Origin: an uncultured Holophaga sp.
GTDB lineage: Bacteria; Acidobacteriota; Holophagae; Holophagales; Holophagaceae
NCBI GenBank assembly: GCA_963664825.1
Contig: OY761614.1
Coordinates: 64,001-128,000, forward strand
Direction of reading: 5' to 3'
Length of the DNA: 64,000 nucleotides
Position 1 is the first letter of the stretch; each line of letters starts with the position of its first letter. This document shows positions 1 to 11,760 of this stretch, piece after piece. The notes beneath the pieces were generated by a model. The model worked only from the letters and a program-made list of their open reading frames with translations. It had not been told where the DNA came from and did no database searches. The translations under genes were made by a program, and so were the position numbers.

Positions 1-592
1 CGACAAGATCGAACTCATCAAGCGCTTCCTGGGCATGGCCGACGCCATCCTCATCGGCGGCGCCATGAGCTACACGCTGCTGAAGGCCCAGGGCATCGCC
101 ATCGGCAAGAGCCTCTGCGAGGAGGACAAGCTGGAGATGGCCAAGGCGCTGCTCCAGGAAGCCAAGGCCAAGGGCACGCGCCTCCTGCTGCCCCTGGATC
201 ATGTGGTGGCTTCCGAGATCAAGGATGGCGCTGAATGCGCCATCACCCAGGACACGGCCATTCCCGAAGGCAAGATGGGCCTCGATATCGGGCCGGAAAC
301 CGTGGCGGCCTTCGCCCAGGAGCTCCGCGCCGCCAAGACTATCGTCTGGAACGGCCCCATGGGCGTCTTCGAAATGGATTGCTTCGCCGCCGGGACCCTC
401 GCCATCGCCGATGAGATGGCCGAAGCCGCCGATAAGGGCTGCTTCGTGGTGGTGGGCGGTGGCGATAGCGTGAGCGCCGCCAACAAGGCCGGCGTCACGG
501 CCCGCATGAGCCACGTCTCCACCGGCGGCGGCGCCAGTCTGGAATTTCTCAGCGGCCTGGAACTGCCGGGCGTCGCGGCGCTGTCCATCTAA
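1..592 (+). CDS. pgk: Phosphoglycerate kinase, C-terminal part (5' end outside window)
   Basis: Motifs IVWNGPMGVFE, GGGDS and HVSTGGGASLEFL; followed by tpiA. Confidence 0.97.
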   Translation, partial: DKIELIKRFLGMADAILIGGAMSYTLLKAQGIAIGKSLCEEDKLEMAKALLQEAKAKGTRLLLPLDHVVASEIKDGAECAITQDTAIPEGKMGLDIGPETVAAFAQELRAAKTIVWNGPMGVFEMDCFAAGTLAIADEMAEAADKGCFVVVGGGDSVSAANKAGVTARMSHVSTGGGASLEFLSGLELPGVAALSI

Positions 593-596
593 AGTC

Positions 597-665
597 TCAA
601 CACGGAGGCACGGAGGACACGGAGAAGAACCGCTTTCCTCCGTGTTCTTTGTGTCTCCGTGGTGA
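597..665. repeat. Palindromic intergenic repeat, family 1, copy a
   Basis: Arm tcaacacggaggcacggaggacacggag (597-624) pairs with ctccgtgttctttgtgtctccgtggtga (638-665), mismatches mostly G:T; near-identical arm at 15018-15045. Confidence 0.85.
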
Positions 666-685
666 ATTTCTTTTCAGGAGCATTC

Positions 686-1429
686 ATGAAAATCGTCATC
701 GCCAATTGGAAGATGAACATGCTGGGCCGGGATGCGGCGGCCTTCTGCGAGGCCTTCAAGGCCGGCTACGCGGCCAAGCAGGGCTGCGAGGCGGGCATCG
801 CGCCGCCCTTCACGCTGCTGCGGGAGGTATCGGCCCAGCTGGCGGGCAGCGGGGCCAAGGTCTTCGCCCAGAATGCCTACTTCGCGCCCAAGGGGGCCTT
901 CACCGGGGAAATCTCCATGGCCCAAATCAAGGACACGGGCTGCCATGGCGTACTCCTGGGCCACAGCGAGCGCCGCCATGTCTTTGGCGAGACCGACGAG
1001 AACTTGGTCAAGAAGATCAAGGCCGCCTGGGAATATGAATTGCTGCCCGTGCTCTGCATCGGCGAGACCCTGACCCAGCGGGACGCGGGTTTCACACTGG
1101 ATGTGCTGCAAACCCAGCTGGAAGTCTTGCAGGCCACAGGACCCGGCCCCATGGTCATCGCCTACGAGCCCGTCTGGGCCATCGGCACGGGCCGCGTGGC
1201 CGAACCCATGCAGATCGAGGAAGTCCACGCCTTCATCCACGACGAACTCCTGCGCCTCTGGAGCGATCTCGGCGCGGAAGTGCCCATCCAGTACGGCGGC
1301 AGCGTGACGCCAGACAACTTCGAGGGAATCCTGGAGGTCCCCTTCGTGGACGGCGGCCTCGTGGGCGGAGCCAGCCTGGATCCCGCCAAGTTCCTGAGAC
1401 TCCTGGAGCAGGCCCAGGCCAAGGCCTGA
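686..1429 (+). CDS. tpiA: Triosephosphate isomerase
   Basis: ANWKMN, GHSERR, AYEPVWAIGTG, YGGSV and LVGGASL motifs; AGGAG RBS before ATG 686. Confidence 0.97.
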   Translation: MKIVIANWKMNMLGRDAAAFCEAFKAGYAAKQGCEAGIAPPFTLLREVSAQLAGSGAKVFAQNAYFAPKGAFTGEISMAQIKDTGCHGVLLGHSERRHVFGETDENLVKKIKAAWEYELLPVLCIGETLTQRDAGFTLDVLQTQLEVLQATGPGPMVIAYEPVWAIGTGRVAEPMQIEEVHAFIHDELLRLWSDLGAEVPIQYGGSVTPDNFEGILEVPFVDGGLVGGASLDPAKFLRLLEQAQAKA

Positions 1430-1440
1430 ACCCGGATCGT

Positions 1441-1538
1441 GCATTTCGAGTAGCCGACCGCCGTCAGGCGGTGGCGTAGAGCGGCGCGGCACAGGCTTCG
1501 GCGAAGCCGAAACTGTGCAGTGCTGCGGCTCGAAATGC
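1441..1538 (+). repeat. Structured intergenic element, family 2, copy a (ncRNA or REP-like)
   Basis: Closing stem gcatttcgag/ctcgaaatgc with nested hairpins; homologous to 26698-26814 with compensatory changes. Confidence 0.6.
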
Positions 1539-1590
1539 CGTAATGCACCGCTCACTTAAAACGAATCGACTGAACCAAACGCAAAATTTA

Positions 1591-2920
1591 GGTTCTTCAC
1601 GTTTTTCCGGGGAAGGCCGCACGGATCTTAAGGAAGAAGTAGCCCTCATCCCGGTAGCCGTAGGCGATGCGCTTGAGGACTTTGATCTTGTTGTTGATCC
1701 CTTCCTGGACGCTGGTATTGAGCGGCCAGCGGCAATGGGAGAGGATTCCGTCGATCCGCTGGGCGAGATTCTTGGCGAACTTCACGAGGGGCTGGAGTCC
1801 ACTTGAGGTGGCGAGTTCCATCCAGTTCTCCCAGGCCTTCAGAGCCCAGCCCTCCCGCGTGTAGCGCCACAGTGCCTTCAGGGCGTCTTTCAGCACGTAG
1901 GCGGTCATCAGAGGCTGGTTCGCGTCCAATAACTCGTTGAGGCGGACTTTGGCATCCCGATTCGGCAGGTTCTCCCAATTGCCCAGCAGGAGCCACTTCG
2001 CGCCCTTGACGAGCTCCCGCGAGGCCTTGTCGTGCCGGTATCGATTGGCCTCATCCACCCGGATCCGGTCGATGACGTCATGGCCGTACTTTGCCACGAC
2101 ATGAAACTGGTCGTAGACGATCTCGGCGTTGGGACAGCGCGCCCGGACTTCGCCTTCGAAGGCCGCCGACATGTCTATGCCCACGGCCTGGATCCGTTTG
2201 CAGCCCTTCTTCCCGATCAGATCGAAGAACGGGCGGATGTCCTCGCGGCCACGCCCTTTCCCGACCCAGAGCACGCGACGCGTTTCCGCATCCGTGATGA
2301 CCGTGGCATAGCTCTGTCCCTTGTGGATGGCGAATTCGTCCATCAGAAGAAGCCTCGCCTTGCTCAGCTTCACGGGCCCAAGTTCTCGGTCCAGGTAAGC
2401 CTTGTCGATCGCCTTCACCGTGCCCCAGTGCAGGTCATAGTGCTCCGCGACCTGTTTGATGGGCATGACCTTGCAAAGCCGCGCCACGCTCGCGGCAAGC
2501 CGGTTCGTGATCCGGGCATGGGGCTCCAACCAGTCCAGGGCTTCCAGCTTCGGGCCGCACCGGGGGCAGGCTACTCGAGCCCGCCACACCACTAGGACTG
2601 TGTCGGCGTCGAACAGCGGAAGGTCGCGGATCTCCCGCTCTGACCAGTCGTGGACGCTCCGCACGAAATGCCCACAACCGCTGCACTTCCGGGGATGATC
2701 GCCGAACCCAAGCAACTCGATCCACACCTCGGCCCGCGGCCCCTTCACCCCGGCTTCGAAGCGCTCCACGATTCCGACGCGTTGCCCTTTCCACCCGCCC
2801 AAGCGGGACATAAGCTCTTTGGTAGGCAGTGGCGGCCTCCTTCATCTCGAGTTCTCGACAAACCCAAGATGCCTGAAATCCGCCACTGCCGACCTACTTC
2901 ACGCAAATCCGCGAAGAACC
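1591..2920 (-). mobile_element. ISL3-family insertion sequence, copy 1 (1330 bp)
   Basis: Terminal IRs ggttcttcac.../...gcgaagaacc; flanking duplication AAAATTTA at 1583-1590 and 2921-2928. Confidence 0.95.
1597..2811 (-). CDS. ISL3-family transposase
   Basis: Zn-finger CxxC pairs and [31 protein letters not shown] motifs. Confidence 0.95.
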   Translation of the reverse strand: MSRLGGWKGQRVGIVERFEAGVKGPRAEVWIELLGFGDHPRKCSGCGHFVRSVHDWSEREIRDLPLFDADTVLVVWRARVACPRCGPKLEALDWLEPHARITNRLAASVARLCKVMPIKQVAEHYDLHWGTVKAIDKAYLDRELGPVKLSKARLLLMDEFAIHKGQSYATVITDAETRRVLWVGKGRGREDIRPFFDLIGKKGCKRIQAVGIDMSAAFEGEVRARCPNAEIVYDQFHVVAKYGHDVIDRIRVDEANRYRHDKASRELVKGAKWLLLGNWENLPNRDAKVRLNELLDANQPLMTAYVLKDALKALWRYTREGWALKAWENWMELATSSGLQPLVKFAKNLAQRIDGILSHCRWPLNTSVQEGINNKIKVLKRIAYGYRDEGYFFLKIRAAFPGKT

Positions 2921-3001
2921 AAAATTTAGCCTAAAGATTCCCCACATTCACCTCCGCCCCCCCGAGCGCCGAAAGAGGGAGTAGCCTCGGAATTCCCACC
3001 C

Positions 3002-6000
3002 ATGCAACGCCCCTCCATGACCCCCCCGCCCGGAAGCCGTGTCGTCCACTACGCGGGGGATAGGATCTGCGTGGAACTCAGCCATCCGGCTCCCGAGGAG
3101 GAGGGCTGGCGGGGCCTGCTTCGCACCAATCTCACCCGGGCCGAACATAGCCGCCTGGAGGTCATCCGACTGGCGGGGGTCCATTCGGCGGAGGCGCGCA
3201 CCTTCGCCGGGGCCTCCTGGCGGGATATCCCCTTGAACCCTACCGAAGGCGGGTGGGCGATGGACCTGCCCCTCTGCGAGGTGGGGTATTTCCGCGCCAA
3301 GGCCTACTGCGTGGACCCCCAGGGGCGGCAGCACTGGCCCGAGGGCGAGGACCTGGGCATCTCCGTCCATCCGGATCACCTGCGCACCGGGAACACCATC
3401 TACTGCGCCTTCCCCCGGATGTTCGGGGGGACCCGGGACCGCATCTCCACCCGCCAGCCCGCCCTGGAAGAACAGCTCCGGGACCTGGATGAGCGCGGGT
3501 TCACGGTCATCCCCCCCTCGGGGAAGCTGCGGGATCTCACGGCCTGCCTGCCGCACATCATCGAGAACCTGGGCTGCCGCATCCTGCATCTCCTGCCCCT
3601 GGGGCCCGCGCCCACCACCTACGCGCGCATGGGCCGCTTCGGCAGCCCCTACGCCCAGTTGGATCTGGCCGGCATCGATCCCGCACTGGTGGAATTCGAT
3701 CGGCGCACCACCGCCGAGGACCAGTTCCGGGAACTGGCCTACGCCACCCATCTGCGGGGAGGGCGGGTCTTCCTCGATATCGTCATCAATCACACGGGCT
3801 GGGGTTCCCGGCTCATGGAGGAACGCCCGGAATGGTTCAAGCGCGAACCCGATGGCCGCTTCCATAGCCCCGGCGCCTGGGGGGTCACCTGGGGTGATCT
3901 CGTGGAACTCGACAACGGCTATCCCGAACTCTGGGAATCCACAGCCAAGGCCCTGCTCACCTGGTGCCGCCGGGGCGTGGATGGCTTCCGCTGCGATGCG
4001 GGCTACATGGTCCCCATGCCGGCTTGGCAGTACCTGGTGGCGCGCGTCCGGGAGGAATTCCCCGATACGGTCTTCCTCCTGGAGGGCCTGGGCGGGGCCT
4101 GGGAGGCCACAGAAGCGCTGCTCACCGAGGGCGGGATGCAGTGGGCCTATTCGGAACTCTTCCAGAACTACAACCCCCGGGAGGTCTCGAGCTACCTGGA
4201 CCACAGCCTCCGCCAGGGCCAGCGGGTGGGGCCCCTGGTCCACTACAGCGAGACCCACGACAATGACCGCCTGGCCAAGCGGGGCGAGGCATGGTCCCGG
4301 CTGCGCAACCGGCTCTCGGCCCTCTGCAGCCACTGCGGCGCCTTCGGCTTCACCAGCGGCGTGGAATGGCTGGCGTTAGAGCAAATCGATGTCCATCAGG
4401 CCCGGGGCCTCGCCTGGGGCAGGGAACCCAATCTGGTGCCTGAATTGGCCCGGCTGAACCGCCTGCTCCGGGACCATCCCTGTTTTTTCGACGGGGCCCG
4501 TCTCCGCCGCCTGAGCGGCGAGGATTCCCCGGTACTGGCCCTCAGTCGCCATTCCGCCGAAGGGAAGGACGCCTGCCTGGTCCTGGTAAACCTGGATACG
4601 GAGGCCGCCCAGGAGCTGGCACTGGAGGCAGGGGTCTGGCGGGAGTTGGGGGAGCCGCGCCTGGATCTGCTGGACCAGGAACCTCCTCCCATCCTCACCG
4701 AGAAGGCGGGCCTGGTCACCCTACAGCTGGCGCCGGGCGCGAGCTTCTGTCTGGCAGGCACGGTCTCCCCCCGGGGCTTGCATGGCGAAGCCTACCGGAC
4801 GGCCCGCGCCCAGGCCGCCTGGGCCTATCGCCATCTCAGCCAGGTCAGGCCCGCGGAAACGCTTGGCCCCGCAGACTGGCAGGCCCTGGCCCGGCTCGTC
4901 GCCCGAGATCCCCAGCGCTTCCTCTCCGCCCTGACCCACCTGGACGGCGAAGGGGCCTCCCAGGATCTCCTCCAGGCCCTCCAAAACGCCCTCCGGCAGG
5001 AAGGCTACGCCCCCGTCCTGCGTTGGAGCGCCCAGGATCTCGGCCGCATCCTTCCGGTGCCTCCCCGGCACTGGATCCTGGTGGAGGATCCCTCCCCCTT
5101 CGAGATCACCTTGCGCCGTCCCGGCAGGCGGGTCCTCCATCTGCGCTCGACCCCCTGGGAGGGCGGCCACATGGCGGCCATCTACCCGGCGGAATTGGAG
5201 GTGGAGGGTTCCCATTCCCTGGACGCCGAGCTGATCCTGGACCGCTTCACGGAACAGGGGCGCCGGGCCACGGGGGCCCTGCGTCTGCTGCCGGTGGATG
5301 CCAGCTTCGAACCTGGGGATCCCAAGGGCCTGGCCCTGCTCACCAATGGCCGAGGGGCCATGGCGCGGCTCCACGCGGATCTGGGCCATGTCGATTCCAA
5401 GTACGACTGCCTGCTGGGGGCGAACCTCCACCCCCAGGCGCCCTCGGATCGCCATATCTTCGCCAAGCGCCTGCGGGCCTGGGTGAACGCCGACGGGTTC
5501 ATCACGGCCCTCGATGGGCGGAATCTCCTCTCCTTCCAGCCCGGCCCCCCGGCCCGGTGGGTTTTCCTGGCCAGCGCCGGGGATGGCCGCGCCGTGGAGA
5601 TCCACCTCCTGGCCGATATGCTGGCCGGACAGAACACCACCGCCCTGCGCTTCCTGAGGCCGGAAGGGCCACCCCAGCAAGGCGAAGAACTGCCTTTGAA
5701 TTGCGGGGTCAGTCTGAGTCTGCGCGTGGACCTGGAGGATCGCGGCTACCACGCCGAGACCCGGGGCACGCTAGAACTGGACGCCAACTTCGCGGCCTCC
5801 ACCCGCCCACTGGAGGATCGCGTGGGCTTCGCCTTCGAGCCCGCTGAGGGACGCCGTCTCCGGGTCTGGACCTCCGGCGGCCTCTACCACGAGGGGGCCG
5901 AGTGGAGCCGGGAGCTCTGGCACGCCCTGGAATCCACCCGGGGTCTGGCGGATCGGGGCGATGCCTGGAGCCCGGGCTGGTTCGAGGCCCCGCTCCCCCC

Positions 6001-7357
6001 CAGCGGCTCGGTGCTGCTGGTGGCCTCGGCCGATCCCCAGGATCCGTCGGCCCCGGAGCTCTCCCACCTGGGTCTGCCCCCGGCCCGGGTGCTCGCCCTG
6101 GATCTCCGACCTGGATTGGAACCCCAGGATAGTTTCGGGCGCCGCCTGCGGCTGGCGGCTTCCGATTTCCTCGCCCGGCGGGGAGAAGGGGCCACCGTCA
6201 TCGCGGGCTATCCCTGGTTCCTGGACTGGGGTCGGGATACGCTCATCGCCTGCCGGGGGCTCCTGGCGGGAGGCTTCCTGGAGGAGGTGCGAGATATCCT
6301 CCTTACCTTCGCCCGCTTCGAGGATCGGGGCACCCTGCCCAATATGCTCTCGGCGGATTCCACGGCGAATCGCGACACCTCCGACGCGCCGCTCTGGTTC
6401 GGCCTGGCCTGCGAAGAGGCCAGTGGGCCCCTGGGCCCTGGGTTCTATGGGACCCGGGTCGGGGACCGGCAGCTGAAGGAGGTGCTGGCCTCTATCGCCA
6501 CGGGGTATCTAGCCGGCACGCCCAATGGCATCCGTGTGGACCCGGATTCAGGCCTGGTCTGGAGCCCTTCCCATTTCACCTGGATGGACACCAATTACCC
6601 GGCGGGCACGCCCCGGGAAGGCTATCCCATCGAGATCCAGGCCCTCTGGATCCGCCTGCTGCGCCAGTTGGAACGGCTGGAACCCAAGGCCCCCTGGGCG
6701 CCCTTGGCGGCCCGGGCCGAGACGAGCCTCGAACTCTTCTGGAACGAGGAACTGGGTTGCTGCCATGACACGCTCCAGGCCCCCGCCGGGCGTCCCGCTC
6801 GGGAGGCCACGGCCGACGGCCATCTGAGGCCCAACCAGCTCTTTGTGGTGGCCCTGGGGCTCATCACCGGGGAACGGGCCCAGCGGACGGTGGACGCCTG
6901 CGCCCGGCACCTGCTGGTGCCCGGCGCCCTCCGCAGCCTGGCGCCCCTGCCGGTGAAGGAAGCGCTGCCCATCCGGACCCAGGATGGCCGCCCTCTCAAC
7001 GATCCCCGGCATCCCTACTGGGGCCGCTACGAGGGCGACGAGGATACGCGCCGCAAGCCCGCCTACCACAACGGCACGGCCTGGAACTGGCTGCTGCCGG
7101 TCTTCTGCGAGGCCCTCGCCCAGGCCCACGCCTTCGATCCCCAAGCCCTGGCTGCCGCCAAGGCCTACCTGGGATCGGCCGAACGCCTGCTGCACGAGGG
7201 CTGCACCGGCCACCTGCCAGAGATCCTGGATGGGGACGCGCCCCACACCCCCCGCGGCTGCGACGCCCAGGCCTGGTCGGTCACGGAAGCCTTGCGCGTG
7301 TGGCTCCTCCTTGTCGCTAAGATGAGGAATCCCCCCTCGAGCCCGCTGGAGTCCTGA
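3002..7357 (+). CDS. Glycogen debranching fusion: GH13 alpha-amylase-like domain plus amylo-alpha-1,6-glucosidase (GH133-like)
   Basis: GH13 motifs DIVINH, GFRCDAG, LLEGL, ETHD; C-terminal AGYPWFLDWGRDT, TWMD, YHNG, QAWS; upstream of glgB. Confidence 0.88.
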   Translation: MQRPSMTPPPGSRVVHYAGDRICVELSHPAPEEEGWRGLLRTNLTRAEHSRLEVIRLAGVHSAEARTFAGASWRDIPLNPTEGGWAMDLPLCEVGYFRAKAYCVDPQGRQHWPEGEDLGISVHPDHLRTGNTIYCAFPRMFGGTRDRISTRQPALEEQLRDLDERGFTVIPPSGKLRDLTACLPHIIENLGCRILHLLPLGPAPTTYARMGRFGSPYAQLDLAGIDPALVEFDRRTTAEDQFRELAYATHLRGGRVFLDIVINHTGWGSRLMEERPEWFKREPDGRFHSPGAWGVTWGDLVELDNGYPELWESTAKALLTWCRRGVDGFRCDAGYMVPMPAWQYLVARVREEFPDTVFLLEGLGGAWEATEALLTEGGMQWAYSELFQNYNPREVSSYLDHSLRQGQRVGPLVHYSETHDNDRLAKRGEAWSRLRNRLSALCSHCGAFGFTSGVEWLALEQIDVHQARGLAWGREPNLVPELARLNRLLRDHPCFFDGARLRRLSGEDSPVLALSRHSAEGKDACLVLVNLDTEAAQELALEAGVWRELGEPRLDLLDQEPPPILTEKAGLVTLQLAPGASFCLAGTVSPRGLHGEAYRTARAQAAWAYRHLSQVRPAETLGPADWQALARLVARDPQRFLSALTHLDGEGASQDLLQALQNALRQEGYAPVLRWSAQDLGRILPVPPRHWILVEDPSPFEITLRRPGRRVLHLRSTPWEGGHMAAIYPAELEVEGSHSLDAELILDRFTEQGRRATGALRLLPVDASFEPGDPKGLALLTNGRGAMARLHADLGHVDSKYDCLLGANLHPQAPSDRHIFAKRLRAWVNADGFITALDGRNLLSFQPGPPARWVFLASAGDGRAVEIHLLADMLAGQNTTALRFLRPEGPPQQGEELPLNCGVSLSLRVDLEDRGYHAETRGTLELDANFAASTRPLEDRVGFAFEPAEGRRLRVWTSGGLYHEGAEWSRELWHALESTRGLADRGDAWSPGWFEAPLPPSGSVLLVASADPQDPSAPELSHLGLPPARVLALDLRPGLEPQDSFGRRLRLAASDFLARRGEGATVIAGYPWFLDWGRDTLIACRGLLAGGFLEEVRDILLTFARFEDRGTLPNMLSADSTANRDTSDAPLWFGLACEEASGPLGPGFYGTRVGDRQLKEVLASIATGYLAGTPNGIRVDPDSGLVWSPSHFTWMDTNYPAGTPREGYPIEIQALWIRLLRQLERLEPKAPWAPLAARAETSLELFWNEELGCCHDTLQAPAGRPAREATADGHLRPNQLFVVALGLITGERAQRTVDACARHLLVPGALRSLAPLPVKEALPIRTQDGRPLNDPRHPYWGRYEGDEDTRRKPAYHNGTAWNWLLPVFCEALAQAHAFDPQALAAAKAYLGSAERLLHEGCTGHLPEILDGDAPHTPRGCDAQAWSVTEALRVWLLLVAKMRNPPSSPLES

Positions 7358-9558
7358 TGGCCGTCCCCCCCTTCCACAGCTTCAAGGCCGAGGCCTTCCT
7401 GCGAGGGGATTGCCCGGACGTGGGCGCGTGGTTCGGGCCCCAGATGGTGCCCGGCGAAGGCCTGCGCCTGCGGGCCTTCCTGCCCCGAGCCACACGTGTC
7501 GAGCTCCTCGACGCCAAGACGGGAGAAGCGCTGTTGGACCTGACGATGGTGCATCCCGAGGGCATCTTCGAGGCCCATCTGCCCCGCAGGCGCAAACCCT
7601 TCCCCTACCGCTTCCGGGTGCATGGCTGGGGGGAACCCGTGGAGCTGGTGGACCCCTACCGCTTCGGGCCGGTGCTGGGGGAACTGGACCGCTACCTCCA
7701 CGCCGAAGGCACCTTCCTCCACTCCTACGAGCGGATGGGCGCCCACCCCGCCGTGCGGGAGGGGGTCGAAGGCGCCGATTTCGCCGTATGGGCCCCCAAT
7801 GCCCGCCGGGTGAGCGTGGTGGGCACATTCAATACCTGGGATGGGCGGCGCCATATCCTCCACCGCTGGTCCGAGGCGGGCATCTGGGAGCTCTTCGTGC
7901 CCCATCTGCGCCCCGGGGATCTCTACAAGTTCGAGATCATCGGCAAGGACGGCAAACTCCTGCCCCTGAAATCGGATCCCTACGCCTTCCGGGGCGAGTA
8001 CCCGCCGGGATCGGCCTCCATCCTGAGCGCGCCGGAGGAGACCCCGTGGAAGGATGGGGCCTGGATGGCCGAGCGCTGGAAGCAGAATCGCCACACGGCC
8101 CCGGTGAGCATCTTCGAACTCCATCTGGGCTCCTGGAGGCGCCGGAAGGACGGCGGCTTCCTCTCCTATCGCGAGCTGGCCGAACAGCTGGTGCCCTATG
8201 TGAAGGAGCTGGGCTTCACCCACGTCCAGTTCATGCCCGTGAGCGAACATCCCTTCTACGGAAGCTGGGGCTATCAGCCCCTGGGCCTCTTCACGCCCAC
8301 GGCCCGCTACGGCAGCCCCGAGGATTTCAAGGCGCTGGTGGAGGCCTTCCATCTCCAGGGTCTCGGGGTGATCATCGACTGGGTCCCGGCTCACTTCCCC
8401 GAGGATGCCCAAGGGCTCGGCTCCTTCGATGGCACGCACCTCTTCGAGCATGCCGACCCCCGCAAGGGGCGGCACATGGACTGGGGCACGCTGATCTACA
8501 ATTTCGGTCGGCGCGAAGTCCAGAACTTCCTCATCGCCAACGCCCTCTACTGGCTGGACCGCTTCCACCTCGATGGCCTGCGGGTGGACGCGGTGGCCTC
8601 CATGCTCTACCTGGACTACAGCCGCAAGGCCGGCCAGTGGCTGCCCAACAAGAACGGGGGACGGGAGAACCTAGAGGCCGTAGCCTTCCTGCGCCGCCTC
8701 AACGAGACCGTCTACGCCCAGTTCCCCGACATCATGACCATCGCGGAGGAATCCACGGCCTGGCCCGGCGTCTCCCGTCCCACCGACGGGGGGGGCCTGG
8801 GCTTTGGCTTCAAGTGGAACATGGGCTGGATGCACGACACCCTGCGCTTCCTCTCCCGCAACATGCTCCACCGCAAATTCCACCAGCAGGAGATCACCTT
8901 CTCCATGCTCTATCAAGACAGCGAGAACTTCGTCCTGCCCCTCTCCCACGACGAGGTGGTCCACGGCAAGAAGTCCCTGCTCTGGCGCATGCCGGGCACC
9001 CGCTGGGAGCAGTTCGCCAACCTGCGCCTGCTCTATGCCTACCAGTGGGCCCACCCCGGCAAGAAGCTGCTCTTCATGGGATGCGAATTCGGCCAGGACC
9101 ACGAATGGGACCACAACCGGGCTCTCGACTGGGATCTGCTGGAATTCGCCGAACACCGAGGTGTTCAGAACCTGGTGCGGGATCTGAATGGCCTCTACCG
9201 CTCCCAGAGCGCCCTCTTCCAGAAGGACTGCGAGAAGGGCGGCCTCACCTGGATCGACGCCAATGACCGGAAGAATGCCGTCCTTTCCCTGCTGCGATGG
9301 GGCACGGCCCCCGGGGATCATATGCTGGTGGTGCTCAATCTCACGGCCCTGCCCCGCACGGGATTCCGCATCGGCGTGCCCGGACCTGGCCGCTATACCG
9401 AACTCCTCAATAGCGACGCCACCCTCTACGGGGGCCAGAATATCGGCAACCTGGGCGGCGTCGAGGCCAGCGCCGTTCCCATGCATGGCCACCCCTATTC
9501 CGTGCTCCTCACCCTTCCCCCCCTGGGAGCCGTCTTCCTGAAACCCGCTTCCCATTGA
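7357..9558 (+). CDS. glgB: 1,4-alpha-glucan branching enzyme
   Basis: FAVWAPNA, SWGYQP, DGLRVDAVASMLY, IAEEST and LSHDEVVHGK motifs. Confidence 0.97.
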   Translation: MAVPPFHSFKAEAFLRGDCPDVGAWFGPQMVPGEGLRLRAFLPRATRVELLDAKTGEALLDLTMVHPEGIFEAHLPRRRKPFPYRFRVHGWGEPVELVDPYRFGPVLGELDRYLHAEGTFLHSYERMGAHPAVREGVEGADFAVWAPNARRVSVVGTFNTWDGRRHILHRWSEAGIWELFVPHLRPGDLYKFEIIGKDGKLLPLKSDPYAFRGEYPPGSASILSAPEETPWKDGAWMAERWKQNRHTAPVSIFELHLGSWRRRKDGGFLSYRELAEQLVPYVKELGFTHVQFMPVSEHPFYGSWGYQPLGLFTPTARYGSPEDFKALVEAFHLQGLGVIIDWVPAHFPEDAQGLGSFDGTHLFEHADPRKGRHMDWGTLIYNFGRREVQNFLIANALYWLDRFHLDGLRVDAVASMLYLDYSRKAGQWLPNKNGGRENLEAVAFLRRLNETVYAQFPDIMTIAEESTAWPGVSRPTDGGGLGFGFKWNMGWMHDTLRFLSRNMLHRKFHQQEITFSMLYQDSENFVLPLSHDEVVHGKKSLLWRMPGTRWEQFANLRLLYAYQWAHPGKKLLFMGCEFGQDHEWDHNRALDWDLLEFAEHRGVQNLVRDLNGLYRSQSALFQKDCEKGGLTWIDANDRKNAVLSLLRWGTAPGDHMLVVLNLTALPRTGFRIGVPGPGRYTELLNSDATLYGGQNIGNLGGVEASAVPMHGHPYSVLLTLPPLGAVFLKPASH

Positions 9559-9621
9559 TCCTGCCCAGGGCGGAAACGGGAGCCCTCTCAATGCCACCAA
9601 ACCTTTAACGAGGAGCCGAGC

Positions 9622-11739
<2,118 letters not shown>

Positions 11740-11760
11740 GGCCGGGGGCCGGGCCCTGGA

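Noticed and set aside
597..665. CRISPR interpretation of the cacggagg repeats
   Set aside because: Units are 8-9 bp without unique spacers, arranged as inverted arms; no cas genes in the window
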